A DNA stretch of 64,000 nucleotides from Octopus vulgaris (lineage: Eukaryota): assembly GCA_951406725.2 (NCBI GenBank), contig OX597818.1, forward strand, positions 70,246,001 through 70,310,000. The letters are read 5' to 3'. Numbering within the stretch: the first letter of the stretch is position 1; the number at the start of each line of letters is the position of its first letter. Positions 38,178 to 51,819 of the stretch are shown here, in pieces. The translations under genes were made by a program, and so were the position numbers. The notes below the pieces were generated by a model. It saw nothing but the letters and a program-made list of their open reading frames with translations, had not been told where the DNA came from and ran no database searches.

Positions 38178-38179
38178 TT

Positions 38180-38750
38180 TAGGGGAGTTGCAAACAGCAC
38201 TCCATGCAGGTTTAAACAATACAACTGCATTTTTCAAGTTGATGGTTGAGCCAAAATCCTTACAATCTGTGTCAAATGCCAATACAAGAGATTGCACATC
38301 CATTTCAGAGTGTGGAGTGGAGTGAAAGCATTTGAGGAGGCCAGGATAACTCGTGCAAGTCTCAAGAAACATTTAAAGAAGGATCTAGCAATCGAGATGG
38401 TGAATCTCAGTGACCTTTTTGTGTGCACAGTTTGTGACAGACCATGCCTTTCTTTTGCTGAGCTCAAATGTCATTTGAGGACCCATGTAAAAAACGAGCC
38501 TCCGTCAATTATTCTGTCTATATGTCTGTGCACACTTTTCAATGTCGTGTATGCCATAAGGTCTGCAAATCTAACAGAATGCCTCAAAAGACATTTTAAG
38601 ATCCACAAAGATCAGAACTTAACTGCAGCTTTTGGTGATCCAAATCAGATGTGCAATCTATGTGGGTATCTTTTCAAAACATTGTCTGGTTTAAGAATCC
38701 ACATCAGACTCCATAATGGATCTAAGGTGGAGGTACAAGAGATGGTCGTA
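38180..38750 (+). mobile_element. RTE-BovB-like LINE 3' end with three C2H2 zinc fingers
   Basis: [13 protein letters not shown] is a typical RTE C-terminus; fingers CTVCDRPCLSFAELKCHLRTH, CRVCHKVCKSN..LKRHFKIH (frameshifted) and CNLCGYLFKTLSGLRIHIRLH. Confidence 0.7.
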
Positions 38751-39010
38751 CATATATATCACCATTTTGTTACTGTTTACTTTTTTATGAAAGTTTGGGT
38801 TGAACAGCTCCTTCAGATGGTGGCCTTTTACAGTCAGATGCCCATTCCAGTGCCAACCATTTTAACCATCCCTAATGACACACTAATGTCCAGTATGTTC
38901 ATTTTTGAAAACTAGGATATACCATGCGTCTGTGTGTGTGTTTGTGTTTCCACTTGGTTCCTAAATCTTTTTTTTTTCTTATTTCCACCACTGTTTTCCC
39001 TTCATTCCTT

Positions 39011-39045
39011 TCTCTGATGAAGGATTAACGTCCAAAACATTAAAT
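39011..39045 (+). ncRNA. Minimal hammerhead-like motif, decayed
   Basis: CTGATGA-A-GGA-ttaacg-TCC-AAAACATT. Reverting two CpG transitions gives the canonical CC-GAAACGTT. Confidence 0.45.
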
Positions 39046-39212
39046 GACACTGTTCTTTCTTTTGAAACATTATACTAATAACTTTTCTACTAAAACTTTT
39101 CCCTTTTCTTTTGTCTTTCTCCTGTCTTTGCTCATTACATAGTCTTTGTGTTTGTGTATACATATCTATATATATTTACATAAGTGCATTTATATATCTG
39201 TATATATCATAA

Positions 39213-39247
<35 letters not shown>

Positions 39248-40035
39248 AATGGTTGTATGTATGCATATATACATATTTATGTATCTTTTCTTTATATTTC
39301 AGTATCATAAGCAAATCTTCTTCAGTTATGCTTAAGTAATCAAGGTAAACTTTTAAAATTATTTTTTACTCCTTTTTTATTTTTATTTTTTCTTCATATT
39401 TAATGTCACATGTTTTCTTATGGCATTTAAATTATCTTATATAATTTAAATAATCTCACAGCAATATTCTCAAATTGTGCATGTTTTGTTTACATATACA
39501 TACATACAATTGTGTGTGTGTGTGCGTGCGTGTATGAGAGAGAGATAGTGTGCATGTGTATATACAAACACATACACATATATATTTATGTATACATATA
39601 GATACACACACGTGCGCACGCAATGAAACACACACATATATGTCCATTTAGTCCATATTTATATGCAATTTATTTTCTGCCATTCTTTTTGTCCCTCTTT
39701 ACCAAAACAGTTGAGTAACTTTAAAAAAATATTACAAAATTTGAATTATTTTTTTATATATATATTTATTTATCTACTTATTTTAGTCTATCTCAGAATC
39801 TTGTGATAAACCAAAAATGAAAATAAAACAAAACACAGAAAAAACGTACTTAATAGTTTTTATCACTTAGTTTATATTTTAACTTAAATCCTTTTTTTTT
39901 CCAGTTTATTTCTTTATCTATTATTCTATTTTATTTCTGCCATAAACATACCATTCCTACCTAATACAATGTTAATAACCATTCTTTTAAAATCTAATTG
40001 GTGTTTGTTTATTTATTCCTCTTATATAATTTAGT

Positions 40036-40077
40036 TATTCATCATTATCATCATCATTATTATTATCATTATTATTA

Positions 40078-40135
<58 letters not shown>

Positions 40136-40156
40136 CATTCAGTAGTTTTATTTTAA

Positions 40157-40190
<34 letters not shown>
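40036..40190. repeat. (ATC)/(ATT)n microsatellite
   Basis: Directly visible. Confidence 0.95.
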
Positions 40191-40193
<3 letters not shown>

Positions 40194-42189
40194 GCTGTCT
40201 TTTATTCTGTCATTTTTACTGAGAAGCAATTAAACCTCCATCATGTCTAAGCACTATCATTTAACACTGCTCATCTGTGTACAAAATTTTTAAAATTTAT
40301 TTTTATTTTTAATTCTTCATTTTTTTCCTTACACATGAAAACAAATTTACACAATCATCAATGCATATTAATCTAGGCCCATTCTTTAGTCATGTCAGTA
40401 ATTAATTTAAATACTATCAGTGGACTGGCAGAATCGTTAGTAGGTCATCAGAGGAAGTATCTTGTGCTACATATCTAGTTGTACTACTGTTATATTCTGA
40501 AGTGTTCAAAACCTGTTGGGGCAGTCTTTTCTCTCTGTCCTCCTGGCAGTTCTAATTTAAGGCAGTACACAGTATTGTTGTCCAAAAGGCTTCATGGCTT
40601 TAAGGTCCAATTGCTAATCTGAATATACCGTAGCTTGCTGTTAGTAAATATATAAATATATATGTTTTGCCTGGGAATTTATAATGCTGTTAAAACAGCC
40701 CTGCAGCTGGGGATAGTCTATGCAAAAAAATATCCGTCAAGTACTGAAGGTCGTTATAATAGAATACACCCCATTCTCTCCAAAAGTTTGGCTTTGTGCC
40801 TTAGAAATCAATATTAATTCGACATAAGGTGGAAAGCTGGTAATCGACCAACCCCCTCACCCCAAATTCTTAGCATTGTGCCACATTTTGAATCCAATTT
40901 TAATTCAATATTTTCCCATAGTACGATGCAGATATGCACATGTGATCCTCAAGTTTCCTTGCATTCATTTGGTTCTATGGTCACTACCACTGAGCAGTAT
41001 TTTATGCACAAGTGGTTGAGTGTTCCACAGACACAAGTACTCGAAATGTAATTCTCTGATGTAGAAAAATCAGAGTGACTCAAAGTTGGGTCTTGAAATT
41101 ATAGTTATCTGTTATACTTCCAAAAAGCTTTCCACATAACTAATTTGGAGTTCTACCACAGCCTTGAGTCAGCAAAAACCCTGGTTTGATGGAAACTGTG
41201 GTGAAGCCTGTAAAGCCCTAAATATTTGGGGCTGAAAATGTAATCTGTGATATTTTGTAATACCACAGCTATAAGGATTGTTGCATAAATTTACAGGAGC
41301 CTAAACTGGACGAGGGTTTCAACTGTGAGGTTAACGTGAAAGACTAATGAACTCTTTTCAACAATAGAAACATGAGTCATGGAATCCAAGCCCCTTTCAG
41401 ACTTCCCATCTCAGCGACCCTAAAAAGGAGGATCAAAGCTACTGTCTTACATTGAATAAGTCCCGCCCCAAATATCTGCCGAATCCTTGCAAGAATGGAG
41501 ACAGAAAATGTGAAAATGAAATTTAAGAAAATTTTGCAATCAAAATGTCAGCAGGAAGAAAACATGAAATGTGTGGAAACATTAAAAAAAAAACTAATTA
41601 ATGTTAATCAACTTATCATTAGCACTTTTGTAACCTGAAGCTAATTTCAATTAGATTTGTGAAAATATATTAAGTATAGAAAAATATGACAAATAAGAAA
41701 ATAACCATTTGAAATTATGTTTTATGTGTGTTATAGCTTAGTACCTAGGTTACATATATACAAATGTGCATATGCATTTATACATACACACATATACACA
41801 CACATATATATACATATATATGTAGACATACATACATGCATATATATATGTATGTATACAAATATATATATGTATATGTATATATACATACATATATATA
41901 CACACACACACACATGTATGTGTGTGTCAGTGTCTCATCACCATCATCAGTAAATGACTGTCTTCTATATATTTATGTATTCATGTATACATATACACAC
42001 ACGTATATACTGAGAGAAAGAGAGAGAGAGAGAGGGAGACCTCCATAACATATTGATGTGTAGAAGATAGATTGGCATGCAGATAAATAGATATATTTCT
42101 GTCAATATATCATTAAAAAAACTGATGATATATTTACAAATACGTATATTTAATGATAATGGTTTCTCCATTAAGTGTACTGTATGGAA

Positions 42190-42505
42190 AACACTCCAGT
42201 GATTACCACAAGAAAGTTGAGATAAAGGTTCAAGAACTCTCTGAAGAAATCCTTTGGTACTTGTCACTCTGATTGTCACCAGAGGTCTAATACAACCTCC
42301 AGTCACAAGGTCTGGGGAAACACCATTCACAAAATTGTCTCCAGGTTCTAAAATGCATGAAGGGATCTTTGAGGGCAAAAGACGATTGAGGAAGAATTGT
42401 GATGCTGTAGTTCTGATCCCAGAGAAGAATTTTCTTTGCAGCTATGGTGACAGAGGCTGCATAAATCACTGGTGACCAAATCAGACTTGTTGAACACTGG
42501 TAGAT
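42190..42505 (+). mobile_element. RTE-BovB-like LINE 3' fragment, degenerate, single finger
   Basis: RFKNSLKKSF, VWGNTIHK, EGKRRLRK, NFLCSYGDRGC..H match RFKD.LK.SL, WR..I, KR..RK and F.C..C.R.C.S.IGL.SH. Confidence 0.6.
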
Positions 42506-43046
42506 CTACAGTTAATGAGAACAGCACTATTTGCAAAATCAAGCCATGAATATAAATATATATTTCTATCTATGTATCAGACTTAATGCAAGTACATCAC
42601 AAATGGCAAATTGGCTGCGGATTTTGTCCAGGATTGATTCCTCCTATGAACATTCTGTGTTCAAAAGCACAACAATATATATCAGTAGCATACAAATATC
42701 ATCCAGAAGCCGCAGTGAGAATGCTAGATGTGTATTTCTGCGTGATTGGGCTTTGTCAATAGCATGTACTCTCTGCCAACTGCACGCTAAGATAAAATCT
42801 GTTGCTACTCGTACAGGAAGATAGAGATTGTAAATTCACGTATTGTAATTAGCCACTCTGCTGAATAAAATATGTTATTAGTAATGAAAGCATGATTAGA
42901 TTAGAACAGCATCTGTATATCATAATTAATGTAGATACATTGTGAAAGTTGCTTTCTCAAGCTGCCACACCGTGGGACTGAAACTGAACCCATGATGTTG
43001 CAAAGTGAAATTCTTAACCATTCAGCCATGCCTATATATATACACA

Positions 43047-43101
<55 letters not shown>

Positions 43102-43665
43102 ATGTATGTATGTGTGTGTGTGTATGCATAGCTATATACACAAGATGTGTACAAACCAACATGCATACACACAAAGAGGGTGATGATTTCAAAAGAAAGT
43201 TTGAAAGGCTCGTTTGTATTGAAGAATAGGGAAATGGAATTTACAAAAAGGAAAAAAAAGGAATCTTGTAAACATGTATAGATGGTTGTTATAGCTTTTG
43301 ATTGCAGAAGGAACTAAATTTAGAGGTAAAATAATGACATTAAATGAAACCCCTCTCCACAACGCCTTTCCTCTCGACACATTCAGTGTGTGCAGGGTGC
43401 AGCAGGTGAAGGGCTGGGTGGGGCGGGAGTGAGAAAAGAATAAATTCATACATCGTAATTGCTTAGCAACCCCTCACCACAACCACTACCACCACAAAAA
43501 GAAATCGTCATCATCATCATCAACAACAACAACATGTAAACAAACTGCATTTAATGATGTACAAACACACCCACACACAGAATCATGGGGTAAAAATGTT
43601 ATTAAAGTAAAGAACATATACACGGTGTATGTGTGTGTGTATATATGCATGTGTACATATATATA

Positions 43666-43706
<41 letters not shown>

Positions 43707-44684
43707 TGATACTGTATGTATAGCTGTGTGTATGTTTAAAACAGAAGAAGGAAATGAATGTGAGAAAACAAAGCCATCAAAGAGAGTTCTTGTCAATGAA
43801 AAACTTCACACATTTGTAAAGTGTGCACAAACACACACACACACACACATTCACAGGTACAGTGGTACATACGGGTACCAACATACCACATTTTAAAGAT
43901 ACCAGTGTTCAGAGGTCGAAGGACAATATGTGTATGCATGTGTGTATATATGCATATATATGTATGCTTGTGTGTGCATGCTTACATGTATCTATCGATA
44001 GATATGTGTGTGTGTATGTGTGTGTTTGTATGTCATTATATGCATGTATATGCATATATGTATATGAGTTTGTAAATGTGCATTCATAAATGTTTGTCTG
44101 TGTGTATATATATGTGTGTGTGTGTGAATCAATAGTTAACACACATACATACACACACACACACACACATACATGTGTAGGTATATATCTTTCTTGTGTC
44201 TTTTTCCTTCTGTGATGGCATGTGTTTAAAATTCTTGCAACAGTATTTTAAGGACAATATCCAAAAAAAGGTGATGTCCTCAGAGTGCTAATCATGGACC
44301 TGTTTCACCCTTACTCATTGAATATTCCAATAAAATTCTTCCCTAAATTCATCCATTTTGTAGCTGTTCTTGTTTCTTGAACTGACTCAATGGCTTCAAT
44401 GAATCTTTACTAAAGCTAGCCAAGATAAATAATTCATTGGTGTTGACAACCTCATCCTCAATGAATCAACCCAGGGATATGTGAAATATAGGCTCCTGTT
44501 ATGTTTTGGCCACAGCAGGAATCAACATCGTAAATGGATTACTTCCCAATAAACATAATTATTAATAATTCTTGATATGTGCAGGTCAATAAGAATCACG
44601 TGTTACCCACCAAAGTCAAAAAGCATTCAGAAGTTGTTGATATGAAAACTTACAAGTGTTCCAATATTGAAATGTGTAATTTTG

Positions 44685-44734
<50 letters not shown>

Positions 44735-45559
44735 CACATAATACACATAATACACATATACATACACATACAAACCATCACACAGTTGCATTTGCAAGAG
44801 TGTGTACATGCATATCCTTTGTATATATGTGGGTGTGTATGTATGTGTATAATTATATATATATATATGGTCAATTCAAATAAAAAAACAAGAAAAGAGA
44901 AACAAGGAACGTGTGGACATGCACAGGAAGTATATTAGTTTAATGCTCAGTGAAAGGAGAGAGCATAATGTTTCAAGCATAGCTATTTGGCGGAAAGGTG
45001 AAAGGGAAAAGTCCAAAGAAGGGGGAGAAGACATCGCCAATGGGCCATGTGTAGTTACATGGCTGAAGTCATGTATGCATATAATGTATAAATCGGTTTA
45101 TATGTTTGTAGTATATATACATATATATGTAATGTATATATGTACATTCTTTCTAAGATAGAAAATGCTAAAATAATATTATAAAAAACATTTCAGTACC
45201 AGTTTCATTCATTGTGGCTTTTTCAACCGTAACAATTAAACAATTAAATTTAGAAAAATTAAAAGACAAGTTTTTTTAAAAGAATGTTTGTATAGTGTTC
45301 AAATACAAGTAGCATTTTCCTTGTTTCTGCCTGTCTCTGTCTCTCTACACATATACATACACAATATACATACACACACATATATATACAATATATATAT
45401 ATATATATATATAAAAATTCAATTTTCCATCTCTATCATTTCTGTTATACACAAATATATATATATATAAGCATGCACAATTGAAAACATACAATAGAAA
45501 TACAAAATGGCAGACGGTTAGTAAGGAGAGACACAAATAAGAAAGAAGAAAACAAAGGA

Positions 45560-45599
45560 CCACTGATGCGGCCACAGGAGTGTGACGAAAGAACTCTGG
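45560..45599 (+). ncRNA. Minimal hammerhead-like motif inside a cassette flanked by (TA)n
   Basis: cca-CTGATGC-ggccac-agga-gtgtgac-GAAA-gaa-CTC-tgg. Stem I is cca/tgg; core A9 is replaced by C. Confidence 0.45.
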
Positions 45600-45767
45600 C
45601 CAAAATAAGATTAAGATTAATGTAAAAAATAAATAACACTGAAGCAAAATAACACCAAATATATAGTGCGTGTGTTTTTATTGGCTAAACTGGCAAAATG
45701 ACCATTCCGAAATATAACAATATCTGTTTCAACACGACTTCACATAAAAAATCTTGTACAACAAATG

Positions 45768-45807
<40 letters not shown>

Positions 45808-45827
45808 CTCGTTTATAGTATGAGTAT

Positions 45828-45868
<41 letters not shown>

Positions 45869-45971
45869 TTATATTACAAACAAGAAAGTAAATTTTGAGA
45901 GTAGTAAAGCTGTAAGAACACCAGAGAAAAATTATATGTTTACCCTTATAAGAGAGAAAAAAGTCGCAAGC

Positions 45972-46043
45972 AGGGGACTAGAAGAGTCAAACTTGTACCC
46001 TGAAACACTGGCTGAGTGTTCTACCATTAAGCTAAATGCCCCT
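45972..46043 (-). pseudogene. tRNA-like sequence (SINE head or tRNA pseudogene)
   Basis: AGGGGCATTTAGCTTAATGGTAGAAC..AGTTTGACTC..GTCCCCT: A box, degenerate B box and acceptor-like ends; anticodon arm not canonical. Confidence 0.5.
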
Positions 46044-46373
46044 GACAACAATTACCCTCAATTTTAATGCTAAATTATAGCTTTTTGAATGCAAGGCTAA
46101 ATACCCAATCTTTCTCTGCTGTTCCACACAACAATATTTGGTCAGTTGTGTTTTAACTTAGTGGCTGTTCTAATTTCCAAGTTCCACCAGTATCCTTTTA
46201 ACTCATCGTTCTCAATATGATCAACTTTGTAGTTTCTTTATAAAATGTTGTCTCATTCAAAAAGCCAGACTTTAGAATTAAAATTCATGATACTTGTTGT
46301 CAGGGACTGTGTCCAGGGAGACAGCTGGTTTCCACAACAGGAACATAGCTTTTACTTGTGGTTCCACACAACA

Positions 46374-46375
<2 letters not shown>

Positions 46376-46404
<29 letters not shown>

Positions 46405-46515
46405 TGTATGTATGTATGTATGTATGTATGTATGTATGTATGCATGTATGCATGCATGCATGTATGTATGTATGTATGTATGCATGTATGTATGTATGCA
46501 CCTATGTATGTATAG
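46376..46515. repeat. (TATG)n tetranucleotide microsatellite
   Basis: Directly visible. Confidence 0.95.
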
Positions 46516-46684
46516 ATATAGGTTGTGTGCATTAAGAGTTCATTTGAGAGCCTTGTTGTAAAGGTTCTGGTCATCGTATCATTCCTCATGGCAAGATAAT
46601 ATCTGGAGGACATTCTCTCACAGTGAAAATTGTAGAGAGAAACTGAAGAAGGCCAGTGTGTTTGTGTGTGTGTGTGTGAGCTCA

Positions 46685-47032
46685 TATGTATATATATATA
46701 TGTATATATATATGTATGTATATATATATGTATGTATATATATATATGTATATATATACATACATATATATATACATACATATATATATGTGTGTATATA
46801 TATATGTATATATGTATGTATATATATATGTATATATATATATGTATATATATATGTATGTATATATATGTATATATATATGTATATATATATATAGTGT
46901 GTATGTATATATATGTATGTATATATATGTATATATATATATGTGTGTATGTATATATATGTATGTATATATATGTATATATATATGTATGTATATATAT
47001 ATTTATGTATGTATATATATATATATATTTAT

Positions 47033-47072
<40 letters not shown>

Positions 47073-47085
47073 GTATGTATAAATG

Positions 47086-47116
<31 letters not shown>

Positions 47117-47231
47117 GTATGTATATATGTATATATATATATATATTTATGTATGCATATATGTATATGTATGTATATATATATGTATGTATATATGTAT
47201 ATATATATATATATGTATGTATATATATATG

Positions 47232-47262
<31 letters not shown>

Positions 47263-47295
47263 ATATGTATGTATATATATATATATGTGTATGTA

Positions 47296-47326
<31 letters not shown>

Positions 47327-47485
47327 ATATATATGTATATATATATATGTATCATCATCATCATCATGTATATATATATATGTATATATATGTATATATA
47401 TATATGTGTGTATGTATATATATGTATGTATATATATATGTATGTATATATATATTTATGTATGTATATATATATATATATTTAT

Positions 47486-47527
<42 letters not shown>

Positions 47528-47680
47528 GTATGTATAAATGTATATATATATATATATATATATATTTATGTATGTATATATGTATATATATATATATATT
47601 TATGTATGCATATATGTATATGTATGTATATATGTATATGTATGTATATATGTATATATATATATATATGTATGTATATA

Positions 47681-47723
<43 letters not shown>

Positions 47724-47754
47724 ATATGTATGTATATATATATATATGTGTATG

Positions 47755-47789
<35 letters not shown>

Positions 47790-47798
47790 ATATATATG

Positions 47799-47829
<31 letters not shown>

Positions 47830-47879
47830 GTATATATGTGTATGTATATGTATTTATATATATGTATATATATATATAT
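46685..47879. repeat. 1.2-kb compound (TA)n/(TATG) array with an internal ~455-bp higher-order duplication
   Basis: Landmarks aaatgtatgtataaatgt at 47069 and 47524, gtatgcatat at 47151 and 47604. Confidence 0.9.
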
Positions 47880-48125
47880 CAAACAGGCTTCGTGCATTTT
47901 CATTCTTACAGTTTTAACCACAGTGCATAGTTGACCCAAGACAAAAGCTGGAAACTCATGCTCAAGATGCTATTCAGTTTGACAGAATCACCCAAAATCA
48001 TGTGGTTACCAATCAAATTCTGCATTCATGCAGCCTCTTCTAAAATAGAAAGCACCGCTAAAGATACTGCACAATGCTGTGTATCTTTCTATCCACCTAT
48101 CAATATGTATCTATCCATTTCTGTC

Positions 48126-48207
<82 letters not shown>

Positions 48208-48882
48208 ATATGAACATTATTGTGTTACTATTATCATTATGACTTACTTATTAGTTTATTGAAAGTCAGTGAAGCATGAGTGAGAAAATCTTGCAAAAGA
48301 AATAAGCGGAAAGCAAGAACAACCTCCACAATAACAACAACAAGAACAAAGCCATGACAAAGAAAGGAGAATGTTTTTGAGGGTTCAAAGGGAGAAATGA
48401 AATACAGCAACAACAACAGCAACAACAACAATAAGCCCTTCTGTAAAGAAATTAGGAAGTGTATTCAACTACAAAGGGAAGCATAAAGGGAGAATAGTTG
48501 GAAATGATTGAATACAGGTAGTTTTTACTAACATCGATAGACTCCCTCATCCACACACACACACACACGTTTAGTCTCTGTGCATATTTCTCTTTATCTA
48601 AGATATATGTATATATATGTATGTATGTATGTATGTATATATATATATAAATGTGCGTATGTACCTACATACACGTGTGAATGTGTTTCTCAAGGTAGAA
48701 TTCTATGTATGGAATATGCATGTGTGGTGTCTGTAGACCAAGGAATAGTTCTGCAGTGAAATACTATGCTTCATGACCACATGGTTCCTGGTTCAATACC
48801 ACTGTCTGACATCTTCAACAAAGTATTTTCTATAAATTATGTGTAAGATTTACTAGTCGATGCATACATGTGTGTTTTTGCT

Positions 48883-48919
<37 letters not shown>

Positions 48920-51681
48920 CTTAGTTTTAGCCAGTCTGAAAAATGGTAGTGTTAATGTTGCATCCTTTCAATGAACTTTGCAGTTTGACAAACAGATAGC
49001 TCGGATCGATCAACAAAACACTTGATGACATTGCCCCAGAAGGGCCACAGACAATAACTGAAATCAGTGAAAGAATGAAATTATATTTATCTATCTATTT
49101 ATCACCACAAATACATCTTTAAAGTGTTCCAGCTTCAAAGCTGTGGTCATACTGGTGCACCACCATTCAACAGGTGTTGAATTATCTCTCAAGCATTTTC
49201 TGTTGTAGTGAGACAGTAGACAGGAGGTGGGTCTTGTCCCCTTATCAGATGACCTCAGTTTTCTGGATGCTGATTGTCAGCCCTGTTTTTTTGTCATTTG
49301 CAACTGCTGCTGAGACAATGGCCAGTCCAGTTTCCAGAGCATAATCAACCAGAACACAGTTATCAACACACTGTAGCAGAATAATCTGTTTGTATGTGAC
49401 CCTGGTGCTGCCCTGCAGTCTTCTGATGTTGAAAATGTCTCCATTGAGTCAAACGCCAATGGTGACTTCTGCTTTCCTTTTCACATTTCATCATAACAAT
49501 ATTGGTGATGCTGATGTGGAAGATATTAAACGGTACGGATGTCTGTACATCAAATTCTCATTTTGACACAGAAGGGCTCAGAACAACTCAGACTGTCAAC
49601 CATTTGTGGAATTTCTGGAGGAGATTCGTAAATTTGTTGTCACCTATGAAACCAACAACATCCAACAGAAGTTCCTTAATAATAATTTCATTCATGATCA
49701 CGTGATGACTATGTCTCAATCCATGAAAATCTTCATGGTAACACCAGTGAAAGGGTCATCCATACATGTGCACATGTATACGTAAATACTGAAGTACAGT
49801 GAACAAAGAGTGACTCAAGAAAAAATTACACCATACTTCGAAGAATATGGCAGCTGGAATTCTCCTCTTATATCCAGACAATATCCCATAATGCATTTGC
49901 AGCACCAACGCTGATACCAACATTTGAAATGCTTGACTGGTTTGTAAAGGAAATCTTATTCATAAATGTTAAAACCCATCTGACATCAACAGGAAACTTC
50001 CACAGAGACAGCAATATTGTTGGGTTTTGCCTAAGAAGTGGCAATCTGGGAAGGTTAAAGTTTTCAGAAAAAGAAATTAACCAGCAAACACACACTTTCC
50101 AAGTACGATCTGTAAGCAGAATGGCAAAAATGGACAAAACTTTTCTCAAGTTCAAAATGTAACATAGTTTTTGTTATCCTTATTCCAGTGATGGAGGTTT
50201 ATATCTTTGTTGGAGAACAGTTCCTTCCTTACAGGAAGACTTCAAATAATTAAATATAGAAGAGAACATGCACACACACACACACACACATGAGCTTATG
50301 TTTAAAACAAGCTTAGAAAATTCTTGTGATACTTGCACACCCGTGTGTGTGGGTGTGAGATATTTCTTTCTTAATTGTATAAATTCTTTCTTCAACGAAC
50401 TACTTTCTAACAAAGTTCCATTACCAGAATATCAAGACCGTAATTTTGAGGTTTTAGACCCGTTGGCATTATTCCCTGCTCCACACTGAGATTGGGCTCA
50501 CAATTTGTGTCTGAGTCGGTCTCTTTCCCTATTTGAAAGCACCAAACATTGAGCAATAACTTCTTTGACTTTATCTCACCAAATGTACCAGTAATTTTAA
50601 ACATAAAAAAGGAAATTAATAATCTGGGTGGTAGCAGCAGATTTCCAAACAATTCTACATAAGTATTTCCTTTCTGACTGATTTTGATGTGAATGCGATG
50701 ACCCAGTCAACACATACCAGCATGAAAAGCAGCCTTCAACTGTTGGGGATGACAACAAAATGTCCACAGCTGTGCGGTTATAGACTGCTTTAACTGGATA
50801 TATTTCTTTCCTGCCCCAAACAATTATTTCAGACCTGTTAAGTCTGCATTTGGTAGAAGCATCGAAGAGAAGTTTCCACCATTGTTCTGTTAGTTGGTTT
50901 GTTAAACTACATATTGACATATCCTTGGTCGGTTTTGATAGAGCAAATCAATGGTCAAAGATGTTCCATCCATGACCATTTCATCTGTACTGTTGGCATA
51001 GTGTACCCAAGACCACATTATTCAAAGAATCCTTATATCCTTAAGGACTGGAAGTTGTGTGGAAGCCCGCCAGACTGACTGTACTTGGGTATTAAGAGTA
51101 CAAGCATGTGCTCCGGTACTCACTTGAATAAACTATTATGATTCAATGAGTAAGTGGTTGAGGCTGATTGAATAACGAGAATACTTGTTGTTAGAACCGA
51201 CAGCAGTCGATTCGTTTAGTACGTAATGTGTATTAATACAAGAGCGGAATGTGTTTATGTATAATGTATTATTTATTAATCTGTATGTACGAGAGCAGTA
51301 AAGAGAGATGGAGAGGGAGTGAGACGAAGAGGAGACAGAAGAGCAAATTATCCATTATCTGTCTAGGATTATAGGTATCGTTTTCAACAAAGCTGCACTT
51401 GATTAAGGACCTTGTCACAAGAGAGAGCAGAATATTTATTTACATTGCAGCCTTATTATATGCCAATGAATCTACAACACAACAATCCTTTCCTTTATAT
51501 CATCCTGTCATTGGATGCTGGGTTACACGGAAAGAATATAAAACCAGCCTTGCCCTCCCCTCCTCTCAACACACTTATTTTCAGCTCTATATCTATTTTC
51601 TGTCTGTCTGTCTGTCTGTCTCTGTCTCCTGGTGGATATATGTCTGTGCTTGTGTGTAGATAGGTTACTGTGTTCATAAAG

Positions 51682-51715
<34 letters not shown>

Positions 51716-51773
51716 TTTACTATTCTGTAAAGGTAAGACCAACAAAAAGCAAAAAAAGGAACTCCATCATGTG

Positions 51774-51819
<46 letters not shown>

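Noticed and set aside
38292-38915. Host C2H2 zinc-finger gene
   Set aside because: Preceded by an RTE C-terminal motif, frameshifted, no TGEKP linkers, and 5' end abuts (TA)n.
41965-42378. Minus ORF with ILEPGDNF, superficially like a cyclic-nucleotide-binding domain
   Set aside because: It is the antisense of an RTE-BovB-like 3' fragment on the plus strand, and lacks the FGE motif.
46658-47939. Long ORFs (up to 334 aa) rich in Y/I/M/C/V, and similar ORFs at 24.5, 37.8, 41.7, 43-45, 57-58 and 63.6 kb
   Set aside because: Translations of (TA)n/(TG)n microsatellites, which lack stop codons; no coding signal.
49400-50900. Coding-like composition, possibly L1/Tx1 ORF1 or another TE relic
   Set aside because: Only vague motifs (YFEEYG, a degenerate knuckle); too weak to call.
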